Part shown: piece by piece, positions 27,982 through 36,490 of the stretch
Layout of the letters: every line of letters begins with the position of its first letter
How positions within the stretch are numbered: the stretch's first letter is position 1
DNA from: Betaproteobacteria bacterium
GTDB taxonomy: Bacteria; Pseudomonadota; Gammaproteobacteria; Burkholderiales; Burkholderiaceae_C
Length of the DNA: 45,320 nucleotides
Assembly (NCBI GenBank): GCA_031368125.1
Contig: JANLQZ010000804.1
Span: 1-45,320, forward strand
Direction: 5' to 3'
Program-made: the position numbers and the translations under genes
The notes under the pieces: model-generated
Told to the model about the DNA's origin: nothing
Seen by the model: the letters and a program-made list of their open reading frames with translations, nothing else
The model's database searches: none

Positions 27982-28197
27982 TCAGTGCACCATCTCGGTC
28001 ACGATCTGGACCATTTCGACGTAGCTCTTGACGAGCACATAGCCGAAAGGGAACAACACCGGAATCGTTACCAGCGAATAGTGGCCCAGGGTCGGGTACA
28101 TCAACAGCAGCAACATGGCCGTCACGCCGACGGCACCCAAGGCCGCGAAAACGCGCCCATGGCGCAGAATCAATGAAAGCGCAGGAAACCTGTCCAT
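27982..28197 (-). CDS. Small hypothetical membrane protein (71 aa, two predicted TM helices)
   Basis: Fills the gap in a co-oriented operon; GGAG RBS; two hydrophobic segments followed by amphipathic KSYVEMVQIVTEM. Confidence 0.65.
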   Translation of the reverse strand: MDRFPALSLILRHGRVFAALGAVGVTAMLLLLMYPTLGHYSLVTIPVLFPFGYVLVKSYVEMVQIVTEMVH

Positions 28198-28252
28198 TGG
28201 CGACTCCGATCAACGTCCACCATGGTGTTGCGCCCGCACGGCCAGGACACGG

Positions 28253-29209
28253 TCAGATCTGATCCTGAAGCCGCTTCCACAAGGACTTGGTCGCCGGCAC
28301 CATGGGCACCGAGGCCACCTCCGCCTCGGCCGGCACACCCTTGCACCCCGGCACGCAGTGTTGGGCTTCGTCCATCTGCAGGTCCAGCCGTCCGTCGAGC
28401 GCCAGCGCGATTTCGTCCTTGTGCTCGGCCCGGTAGTCGTCGAGCGCCAGCAAGGCTGCGCCCAGCGCGCCCGCTGTTTGCGGCGTCTCAGGCAGGTGGA
28501 TCGGCATGCCAAGCGCTTTCTGGATATGGTGTACGGCAGCAGGATTTTTTGCGACGCCCCCGGTCATCACCACCGGGCCCTTCTTGCCGACCCGCCCCAC
28601 CAGCCCCATGGTGCGATTGGCGATGGCGGCGTGCACAGCACCCAGCACATTGGGTTTGGTGTTGCCTTCCGCCAGCAACGAAATCACCTCAGTCTCGGCG
28701 AAGGTGGCGCACATGCTGGAGATCTTGAGCTCTTCCTTGGCTTCCAGCGCGATGCTGCCCATGTCCTGCAGTTCGATCTGCATCGCACGCGCCAGCACCT
28801 CCAGGAACTTGCCGGTCCCTGCGGCACAGCGGTCGTTCATGGCGAACTGCGCCACGAGGCCATTGGCGTCCACGGCGATGACCTTGCTGTCCTGCCCGCC
28901 GATGTCGATCACCAGCCGCGCATCGGGCACCATCGCCACCGCGCCACGCGCATGGCAGGTGATTTCGGTGTAGTTCTTGTCGGCGATGTCGAGCATGCGC
29001 CGGCCGTAGCCGGTGCTGACCGTCCGGCCCACGTCCTCCTGGGTGATGCCGGCCTCCTTCAGCGCACCGTCGATCGAGGACTTGACGCCCTCGCCGCTCA
29101 CCGCACCCATGTGCGCGACGTTGGACGCAACGACCTTGCCGCGCAGGTCGAGGATCACGGTCTTGGCCGTCGTCGACCCGAAATCAATGCCCATCACAAA
29201 GTGTTTCAT
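28253..29209 (-). CDS. ATP-dependent acyl-CoA dehydratase activator (HgdC/HadI/BcrAD ASKHA ATPase) with C-terminal extension
   Basis: GIDFGSTTAK, STGYGR, EITCHARGA, IDIGGQDSK, MNDRCAAGTG, SSMCATFAE, TGGVAKN and GALGAAL. Confidence 0.93.
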   Translation of the reverse strand: MKHFVMGIDFGSTTAKTVILDLRGKVVASNVAHMGAVSGEGVKSSIDGALKEAGITQEDVGRTVSTGYGRRMLDIADKNYTEITCHARGAVAMVPDARLVIDIGGQDSKVIAVDANGLVAQFAMNDRCAAGTGKFLEVLARAMQIELQDMGSIALEAKEELKISSMCATFAETEVISLLAEGNTKPNVLGAVHAAIANRTMGLVGRVGKKGPVVMTGGVAKNPAAVHHIQKALGMPIHLPETPQTAGALGAALLALDDYRAEHKDEIALALDGRLDLQMDEAQHCVPGCKGVPAEAEVASVPMVPATKSLWKRLQDQI

Positions 29210-29237
29210 CAGAGCCTCCTGGGAACAAGCACCGGGT

Positions 29238-30575
29238 TCAAGCCGTCACGAGCCGGCGCGCGTCGATCGCCTCCAGCATCGCCTCGACACGGCTGTTGAC
29301 CAATTCGTCCTTGTAGAAGGAGTCGTCCGTCACATCGCCCTCGAACATCGAGGTCGGGATACCCAGACGTTTGGTGGCCGCCTCGGCAATCATGAACTGC
29401 GGGTTGGTGAAGGCACGGCAGGTCCTGGACGCGTGAATCACCATGCCATCGACCTCGTACTTGCTGCACAGGTCCATGATCAAGTCGATCAGGATTGGCG
29501 CCGAGTGGTTGTTAGGGCAAATCAGGTAATTTTGCGCCATGCCCAACACGGGATCCTGGGGGTTGATCAGTTTGGGTTCCTGCCAGAAGGCCATGTGGGT
29601 GTAGCGACCGGCTATGACCGCAGCGTCGTATTTGGCAAACTTCTCGGCCAGCCAGCCAACCTTGGTCCAGTTCATGATGCCGTCGAAGAACAGGCGGTAG
29701 CGCTCCTTGCGAATCGCACCTTCTCCGGCCGCCACCCGCGCCGCCACTTCGTCGCGCACGGTCTGGAAATAGTCGACGATCTGGGGTCCAACCGGCAGGT
29801 TGTTGATCGGCGCGATGCTGACGACCCAATCGAAGAAACTCGCCGGCGCTGGAGTTGCTGTGCACATGTCCATCGCCTCCAGGCGCAACTCGGAGGCGCG
29901 TTTGACATAACCCATCATTTCACGCAGACGGTCCCAAGGATAGGGTTTTCCGGTGCGTTCTTCAATGAACTTGACCATGTCGTTGAGCTGGCGTGCCACA
30001 TAGGCGGAGGTCTCGTCCCATTCTTTGCCCCTGAGGTAACCGGAGTCCTTCTTGGCGCCCCAGATCCAGGGAATCGACACGTTGAAGATCGGGATCTTCT
30101 TGCCGAACAACCGCGAGGTCATCTCGTCCCACTGCTGCCCTGTGCTGCAATAGGCGTAGGCGCTGATGATCATGTCCGGTGGCGGCAACTTCGACGCCAG
30201 GTCGTCATCATCGGGCGCATTGCTGACGCCGGTGTCTGTGTCGTTGCGATTGCGCTGGTTGGACACGGCGCAGCCCAGGTGGGTGCGTGCATACGAGCAC
30301 AGTTCCTTCATGTAACCACGGGCCTCGGCCGCCGCCTGGGCGGGCCCCTCCTGGTGCCGCGCCGCCAGCATGGCCGAGTAGGCCTCGCCATGCACCCAGC
30401 AAATGTCGGCCGCTTCCAGAAAAGGGTTGATGGCCGAACCTTCGTACCAACATATCAACTTGCCTTCTTCCTTGGCCCGCCACACCATCTCCCAGTATTC
30501 ATTGACCATTTTTCCGGCAATACGGGTGGACTTCAGTTTGTTGGCGTACGGCTCGGGCTTGACGATTGCATTCAT
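29238..30575 (-). CDS. 2-hydroxyacyl-CoA dehydratase family, alpha-type subunit (HgdA/HadB/FldB; BcrB/BzdO homologue)
   Basis: Three spaced cluster Cys (ELCSY, AYCST, SRTCR), GE.Y.A, LPPPD, DGMV.H and FEGD...RVEA. Confidence 0.88.
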   Translation of the reverse strand: MNAIVKPEPYANKLKSTRIAGKMVNEYWEMVWRAKEEGKLICWYEGSAINPFLEAADICWVHGEAYSAMLAARHQEGPAQAAAEARGYMKELCSYARTHLGCAVSNQRNRNDTDTGVSNAPDDDDLASKLPPPDMIISAYAYCSTGQQWDEMTSRLFGKKIPIFNVSIPWIWGAKKDSGYLRGKEWDETSAYVARQLNDMVKFIEERTGKPYPWDRLREMMGYVKRASELRLEAMDMCTATPAPASFFDWVVSIAPINNLPVGPQIVDYFQTVRDEVAARVAAGEGAIRKERYRLFFDGIMNWTKVGWLAEKFAKYDAAVIAGRYTHMAFWQEPKLINPQDPVLGMAQNYLICPNNHSAPILIDLIMDLCSKYEVDGMVIHASRTCRAFTNPQFMIAEAATKRLGIPTSMFEGDVTDDSFYKDELVNSRVEAMLEAIDARRLVTA

Positions 30576-30611
30576 GCGGTGTGCTCCAGGGGTGTCGGTG
30601 ATGGACGGTGC

Positions 30612-31775
30612 TCAGGCCGTGACCTCAAGCCTGCGCTTGACGATCTCCAGGAAGGTTTCAACCCGGGTCTTCAGGCTTTCGAGGGCCACGGCTTCGTGTT
30701 CGGTCTCGATCAGTAGGTGTGGAACACCATGGCGTTCGAACGCCTCCTTGACCTCCGGGTAGTAGTACATGTGCGGCTCGCAGAACTTGGCCATGAGCAC
30801 GATCATGCCGTCCGCCTTTTCAACCTCCATGGCTTTGAGCAGGAAGGCATCCCAGTCGACGTTGTTCTGGACGCGTGTGGGGCACGGCACGCCGGTGTTG
30901 CGTGCCAGATACCACTTGGCCAATGCGTCGATGCTGTCGCCAGCCTCGTCCACATCGGTAGAGATATAACGAAAGCCGTGGTAGAGGTCGTCCCCCACCA
31001 CGATGGCGCCGCACTCCTCGATCATGTCGAGGATTTCCGGCTTCGGTGCCTGGCAGAAATGCCCGGACAGGTGCAGCCGGATACCCGGGCCAGGTGCCTC
31101 CGGATGGCTCTCCAACTGACTGACGAGTTGCTCCAGAAGGGCAGTGTGGTCGGCCTTGTCCATGACCATGCTCGACTTGACGACATGCTGGATCTGGGTT
31201 GCCGTCATCGCGATCTTGCCGGCGGTTCGAAGGTCGTAGATCTTGCGCAGCAGCTGGCGGTTGCGGTTGAAGATACGCACACTGGCATGCAGCGCTTCGT
31301 CCTCGATCGGGCGGTCGATGAACTCTTCCAACTCCTGCTTGAGCGTCAGGAAGGTCTCGCGCGACCGACCCAAGGTCCAGGGATCACACATCGAGGAAAT
31401 CAGCTGGAAGAAAATGACCTTGGTGTCGGGCAACTGCATGCGTACCGCGTCGGCGGCACCAAGCAGCTGCACGCAATGGTCGCCGAACATGATGGCATCG
31501 AGAAACTTGAACTCACCAATCATGGCCTGGTCGACGATGCTGCGTGTGTAGCCACAATAGGATGGCATCAACATGCCATGGCCGAACGTGATCGGCGCCG
31601 ACGACTCCTGCAGGATCACCGGCAACGCCCCCGCGGCATGCGCGAGTTCGCCCGGAAAGTTCATGGGAAAGGAGCCGATCACCGGGCGCGCATGTTTGGC
31701 CTTCCAGGCCCGCGCATATTCCAGCGGGGCTTGCGCCGCCGCGCCGAAAACTTCCAGGATTTGTGTTTTGTGCAC
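30612..31775 (-). CDS. 2-hydroxyacyl-CoA dehydratase family, beta-type subunit (HgdB/HadC/FldC; BcrC/BzdN homologue)
   Basis: P.EL.HAAG.LP, YCGY, DHCVQ, VGDDL..G.R, KFCEPH and TRVETFLE. GTG start at 31775 after GGAG. Confidence 0.88.
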   Translation of the reverse strand: MHKTQILEVFGAAAQAPLEYARAWKAKHARPVIGSFPMNFPGELAHAAGALPVILQESSAPITFGHGMLMPSYCGYTRSIVDQAMIGEFKFLDAIMFGDHCVQLLGAADAVRMQLPDTKVIFFQLISSMCDPWTLGRSRETFLTLKQELEEFIDRPIEDEALHASVRIFNRNRQLLRKIYDLRTAGKIAMTATQIQHVVKSSMVMDKADHTALLEQLVSQLESHPEAPGPGIRLHLSGHFCQAPKPEILDMIEECGAIVVGDDLYHGFRYISTDVDEAGDSIDALAKWYLARNTGVPCPTRVQNNVDWDAFLLKAMEVEKADGMIVLMAKFCEPHMYYYPEVKEAFERHGVPHLLIETEHEAVALESLKTRVETFLEIVKRRLEVTA

Positions 31776-31836
31776 AGTGTTCTCCAGCTTGCCCCGACAT
31801 CCGGAGCGCCACGCCAGCAAGCCGCTGGCAAACGGT

Positions 31837-31857
31837 TAAGTGAGTCTAACTCATTTA
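31837..31857. promoter_or_regulatory. Inverted repeat TAAGTGAGT-cta-ACTCATTTA, candidate operator of the dehydratase operon
   Basis: 9-bp arms with one mismatch, about 60 bp upstream of the 31775 start. Confidence 0.55.
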
Positions 31858-32069
31858 TTTTGCGATGGCAAGTATTTGCGAGTGTTGAATCGCTTCGTGC
31901 GAGAATTGCCAATGAAATGATTGACGGGAGGGTTGCCTCGCCGCCCGTCGATCGTCAGTCTATCGATCTCTTGATTGAGCCTATAGTGACGCCAACCCAC
32001 CATGGTTGCGCACGAGATCGTGGTGGCTGCACAAGTGCGCGGGCGAGGCAATCCAACGGAGACTGTCAA

Positions 32070-33218
32070 ATGGGACCATTGACGGGAATCAGGGTGGTGG
32101 AAATGGCGGGCATCGGGCCGGCACCCTTTTGCGGAATGCTGCTGGCCGACATGGGTGCGGATGTGCTCAGCATCGACAGGCTCGCGCCGTCCGACCTGGG
32201 CTTTGCGATCGAGCGGCGTTATGACCTGCTCAATCGGGGTAAACGCGCCGCGGCGGTCAATCTGAAGAGTCCCGACGGCATCGGAGCCGTACTGGAACTG
32301 GTGCGATCCGCCGACCTGTTGATCGAGGGTTTCCGTCCAGGGGTCATGGAGCGGCTTGGCCTGGGGCCCAAGCCCTGCCAGGAGATCAATCCGCGCCTGG
32401 TCTATGGCCGCATGACCGGCTGGGGCCAGGACGGCCCGCTCAGCCAGCAGGCGGGCCACGACATCAACTACATCGCGTTGGCCGGAGTACTCGATGCCAT
32501 CGGCCCCAAGGCGGGAGCGCCGGTTGTCCCCCTCAACCTGATTGGCGATTTCGCCGGCGGCGCGATGTATCTTGCAATGGGGCTGGTGGCCGCATTGCTC
32601 GAGGCCAAGACCTCCGGCCACGGCCAGGTTGTCGACGCTGCCATGTTCGATGGCGCTGTCAACCTCATGACCATGCACCACGGCTATCGCCAGGCCGGCA
32701 TCTGGGCGCCCGCGCGTGGATCCAACGCCGTCGACGGAGGGTCTCCCTACTACACCACCTACCGTACGCAAGACGGCAAATATGTCGCAGTGGGTGCGGT
32801 CGAACTGCGTTTCTACCGCGAACTGATCGAGCGCCTGGGGTTGGCCGGTGAGTCCCTGCCCGACCGCGACGACCCGGCCCAATGGGACGCCTTGCACCAA
32901 CGCCTCGCGGCGGTGTTTGAAACGAGGACGCGCGACGAATGGGCCCGCCATTTTGCCGACGGTGACGCCTGCGTTTCGCCCGTCCTGTCCATGGAGGAAA
33001 GCATGGTACATCCGCATGCGCTTGCGCGGCACAACTTCCTGCATGCGGGCGGCGTGGCCGAGCCGGCACCCGCGCCAAAGTTCAGTCGCACGCCCGGCGG
33101 TGTCCGCCATGCACCGGTCAACCCCCGAACCGACACCGCCGGTGCCTTGCGGCATTGGGGGTTGGCGGACGATCGCATCAATGCGCTGGCGACGGCGGGT
33201 GTCATTGCCCCTGCCTGA
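32070..33218 (+). CDS. CaiB/BaiF family protein, alpha-methylacyl-CoA racemase-like
   Basis: GIGPAPF.GM.LAD.GA, LNRGKR, EGFRPGVMERLGLGP, AGHDINY and NLIGDFAGG (His/Asp pair of AMACR/Mcr). GGAG RBS. Confidence 0.88.
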   Translation: MGPLTGIRVVEMAGIGPAPFCGMLLADMGADVLSIDRLAPSDLGFAIERRYDLLNRGKRAAAVNLKSPDGIGAVLELVRSADLLIEGFRPGVMERLGLGPKPCQEINPRLVYGRMTGWGQDGPLSQQAGHDINYIALAGVLDAIGPKAGAPVVPLNLIGDFAGGAMYLAMGLVAALLEAKTSGHGQVVDAAMFDGAVNLMTMHHGYRQAGIWAPARGSNAVDGGSPYYTTYRTQDGKYVAVGAVELRFYRELIERLGLAGESLPDRDDPAQWDALHQRLAAVFETRTRDEWARHFADGDACVSPVLSMEESMVHPHALARHNFLHAGGVAEPAPAPKFSRTPGGVRHAPVNPRTDTAGALRHWGLADDRINALATAGVIAPA

Positions 33219-33293
33219 GGCGCCAAGACGGCCCCGGGATGCCGGCGCCGGGCTGTCGGTGTCGGGACGGGCTTGCTTGCGCGCTTCGGACAC

Positions 33294-33349
33294 GGTAGTA
33301 TTCCAACACGGTCGCGTACAATCAGGTAGCTTACGGTACGTCAAATTAC
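33294..33349 (+). promoter_or_regulatory. 56-bp conserved upstream element, copy 1 (TRAP operon)
   Basis: 41/56 identical to 41221-41276 without gaps; TA at 33317, 33327, 33332, 33337 and 33347. Confidence 0.75.
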
Positions 33350-33413
33350 CACACGGCTGCCTGTAATCCGCGATCCGATTCCGGTCAGATATTCCAACAG
33401 CGAGGAGATAAAC

Positions 33414-34439
33414 ATGAAACTTGCCAATTCAGCACTGGGCCTTGTCATGGCGGCGTCCGCCGTTGCCGCAGGCGCGCAAACAGTTACGCTCCGGGTTCAC
33501 CATGCGACGCCCGGGTCATCGATCTACCAGACCGAGCTGATTCAACCATGGTGCGACAAGATCGCTGCGCAGTCATCCAACCGGATGAAATGCGAGATCT
33601 ACCCGTCGATGCAACTGGGCGGTACTGCGGCGCAGTTGTTCGACCAGGTTCGCGACGGCATCGTGGACGCCACCTGGACCAATCCCGGTTTCAAGCCGGG
33701 TTCTTTTACCAAGTCCGAGGTTTTCGAACTGCCGTTCATGGTGAAAGGTGCCGAGGGTGGAAGCCGCGCATTGTGGGACTTCATCCAGGCCCACGCGATG
33801 GACGAATACCGGGGCGTAAAAGTGCTATGGGTCGCGATTACCGACCCGCAACTGCTGCACTTCAGCAGCAAGAATGTCAGGTCGCTGGAAGACTCGGTCA
33901 ATCTGAAGGTTCGCGCACCCAGCCGCTACGCGGCCAAGGGGTTGGCCGCGCTTGGAATGGCAACGGTTCAATTGCCCTCGATGGCGATCACCGAGTCGCT
34001 GTCGAAGGGCGTCATCGACGGCACGATGATGACCTGGAGCGGAGTGCCAATGCTCAAGCTCGACGAGGTCACCAAGTTCCACCTGGACGTTCCGGAAGGA
34101 CAGACCGGCTTCTTCGCCAGCGCCACGGTGTTCGCCATGAACCCCGCGAAATACGACAGCCTGCCGGCGGATCTGAAGAAGGTCATCGATGCGAACTCCG
34201 GCCGCGACCAGTCGGCTGTCGGGGGCAAGTTTTTCGCCGACAAGATCAGCGCCTATGCACCAATGGGCAATACCGGTGGTGGCCGCAATGTGCGGCTCAG
34301 CAACGAAGAATATGCGCGTTGGGTCAAGGCGACCGAGTCGGTCGAGGTCGACTGGGTGAAGGAAGTCAGCGCCAAGGGGGCCGACGGGAAGAAGATGCTG
34401 GATGACGCCAAGGCGCTTATGAATAAATACGCCCGTTGA
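33414..34439 (+). CDS. dctP: TRAP transporter substrate-binding protein
   Basis: Signal peptide, IYPSMQLGG, DQVRDGIVD, FELPF, LKVRAP (conserved Arg) and LPADLKKVID. GAGGAG RBS. Confidence 0.9.
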   Translation: MKLANSALGLVMAASAVAAGAQTVTLRVHHATPGSSIYQTELIQPWCDKIAAQSSNRMKCEIYPSMQLGGTAAQLFDQVRDGIVDATWTNPGFKPGSFTKSEVFELPFMVKGAEGGSRALWDFIQAHAMDEYRGVKVLWVAITDPQLLHFSSKNVRSLEDSVNLKVRAPSRYAAKGLAALGMATVQLPSMAITESLSKGVIDGTMMTWSGVPMLKLDEVTKFHLDVPEGQTGFFASATVFAMNPAKYDSLPADLKKVIDANSGRDQSAVGGKFFADKISAYAPMGNTGGGRNVRLSNEEYARWVKATESVEVDWVKEVSAKGADGKKMLDDAKALMNKYAR

Positions 34440-34450
34440 GGACCCACAGC

Positions 34451-35002
34451 GTGGCTGAAGGAATCGACGCCGGCGCGCCGGGTGATAGCGCGGCTGGCGC
34501 CGTCAACAAGCGCCTCACGGCGATGGCAAGGTGGATGGCTCTCGTCGGGGGCCTGCTACTGGTGTGCATCCTGGCGCTGGTCGTGGTATCGGTCATCAGT
34601 CGCAAGTTGTTCGCGCTGCCGGTGCCCGGCGACGTGGAACTGACAAGCGTCACGGCGGCGGTAGCGACCGCCTGGTTTTTCCCCTGGTGTTTTGCGGTAT
34701 CGGGCAACGTCAAAGTGGACTTTTTCACCAACCGGTGGAGCAGCCGGGCCATTGCGATGCTGGAGGCGGTGGGCGCGCTGCTGATCGCGGTGGTAGCGAT
34801 CACGATCGCATGGCGAACCAGCGTGGCCGTGGTGGCAATTCACGAGGCGGGGGAGATTTCGGCGATTCTTGGCGTGCCGACCTGGATTTCCTATGCTGGC
34901 ATGGTGCCGGGTTTTGCCCTGCTCGCCCTGCTTGCCATCGACCGCTTTGCGCAGCAAGCACGTGAAGTCCTGGGTGTCAGCGAACCTGCGGGCAGCAGAT
35001 GA
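34451..35002 (+). CDS. dctQ: TRAP transporter small permease
   Basis: Four TM segments, PVPGDVEL, GNVKVDFF and LGVPTW; lies between dctP and dctM. Start 34436 or 34451. Confidence 0.88.
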   Translation: MAEGIDAGAPGDSAAGAVNKRLTAMARWMALVGGLLLVCILALVVVSVISRKLFALPVPGDVELTSVTAAVATAWFFPWCFAVSGNVKVDFFTNRWSSRAIAMLEAVGALLIAVVAITIAWRTSVAVVAIHEAGEISAILGVPTWISYAGMVPGFALLALLAIDRFAQQAREVLGVSEPAGSR

Positions 35003-35084
35003 GCGGCCGCGTCAAGTTTGTCATGGGACCGGCTTGGCCGATCGCTGGAGCCAATGCCCTTCCAAGCTGCTCGGAGAACACTGT

Positions 35085-36410
35085 ATGAACGGCGTTCAAA
35101 TCGGGTTGCTCACGTTTGCCGCGATGCTGCTGATGATGTTCTTTCGCGTTCCCATCGGCATCGCGATGCTGATCAGCGGCGCCGGCGCATATGTACAACT
35201 GACCGGCGGCTCGGTCACTCCGTTGCTGAACTTCTTCAAGAACCTGGCCTATGCGCGGCTCTCGAACTACGACCTGGTCGTCATTCCCCTGTTCCTCCTG
35301 ATGGGCCAGTTCGCCACGCATGGCAACCTCTCCCGAGCGCTATTCAGGTTCATCACGTCGTGCGTCGGGCACCGGCGCGGCGGCGTTGCGATGGCGGCGA
35401 TTGGCGCCTGCGGAGCCTTCGGCGCGATATGCGGAAGCTCACTCGCCACAGCCGCGACCATGGGGCAGGTTGCACTGCCAGAATTGCGCCGCCTGAACTA
35501 CTCGGGGGCGCTTGCAACCGGCGCGCTGGCCGCCGGGGGCACGCTTGGCATCCTGATCCCTCCGTCGATCCCGCTGGTGATCTATGCAATCCTGGTCGGG
35601 GAATCGATCGGAAAACTGTTCATGGCAGCGGTGATTCCAGGCGTGATCGCGATGCTGGGGTACATGATCGTGGTCCAGGTGATGGTGACCATCAACCCTT
35701 CATCGGGGCCGGCTGGACCGCGCGTCGCCTGGGGGCTGCGGTTCCAGGCATTGCTGCAGGTCCTGCCTATCCTGCTGGTGTTCGTGGTCGTTGTCGGAGG
35801 CATCTATGGTGGCTGGACAACACCGACCGAAGCGGCGGCGATCGGCGCAGCTGCCGCCGGGGTGATCGCCGTGGCAGGCGGCATGCGTATGCCTGGCATC
35901 GTGTCGAGCGTGCTCGGTACCGCTACTGGCAGCGCCATGATTCTGCTGGTCCTGCTCGGCGCCGACATGCTCAATACCACCTTGGCGCTGACCCAGATGC
36001 CAGCCGCCCTTGCCACCTGGGTGCAGGGACTCGGCCTGCCTGCCCTGGCAATCATTTTTGTCGTGATCCTGATCTACCTGTTCCTTGGCTGCGTCATGGA
36101 GTCGATGTCGATGATCATGCTCACCGTTCCGATGTTTTACCCGATGATCATGGGGCTCGACATCTTGGGCATGCCGCAGGCCGACAAAAGCATCTGGTTC
36201 GGCATCATCTGCCTGACCGTGGTGGAGGTAGGCCTGATCCATCCCCCGGTTGGCATGAACGTCTACCTGATCAACCGGCTCGCCGGCGATGTACCCCTGA
36301 TGGAGACCTTCCGGGGGGTGGTGCCATTCCTGGTTGCGGACGGGCTGCGCACGGTGCTGCTGGTGACCGTGCCTTCGTTGTCCCTGTTCCTGGTTCATCG
36401 GTTTTCCTGA
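35085..36410 (+). CDS. dctM: TRAP transporter large permease
   Basis: IPLFLLMG, GAICGSSLAT, GGTLGILIPPS, TPTEAAA and GLIHPPVGMN. GGAG RBS before MNGVQ. Confidence 0.93.
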   Translation: MNGVQIGLLTFAAMLLMMFFRVPIGIAMLISGAGAYVQLTGGSVTPLLNFFKNLAYARLSNYDLVVIPLFLLMGQFATHGNLSRALFRFITSCVGHRRGGVAMAAIGACGAFGAICGSSLATAATMGQVALPELRRLNYSGALATGALAAGGTLGILIPPSIPLVIYAILVGESIGKLFMAAVIPGVIAMLGYMIVVQVMVTINPSSGPAGPRVAWGLRFQALLQVLPILLVFVVVVGGIYGGWTTPTEAAAIGAAAAGVIAVAGGMRMPGIVSSVLGTATGSAMILLVLLGADMLNTTLALTQMPAALATWVQGLGLPALAIIFVVILIYLFLGCVMESMSMIMLTVPMFYPMIMGLDILGMPQADKSIWFGIICLTVVEVGLIHPPVGMNVYLINRLAGDVPLMETFRGVVPFLVADGLRTVLLVTVPSLSLFLVHRFS

Positions 36411-36490
36411 TCGGTGGTTGCCGGCATGACGTCGCCTGCGATTGAACCACTGCGCATTGACACGTCGCGACACTATCCTGGAGGCCTGGC

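Noticed and set aside
28253-31775. Canonical benzoyl-CoA reductase (bcrCBAD/bzdNOPQ)
   Set aside because: Only one ATPase subunit, and no ferredoxin or recognisable dch/had/oah set; gene symbols withheld.
31866-31880. Sigma-54 promoter TGGCAAGTATTTGC
   Set aside because: GG-to-GC spacing is 9 rather than the required 10, and no enhancer-binding protein is in the window.
30717-33218. 833-aa ORF as one protein
   Set aside because: Only 32070-33218 is the CaiB/AMACR-like gene; the upstream part is antisense to the dehydratase subunit.
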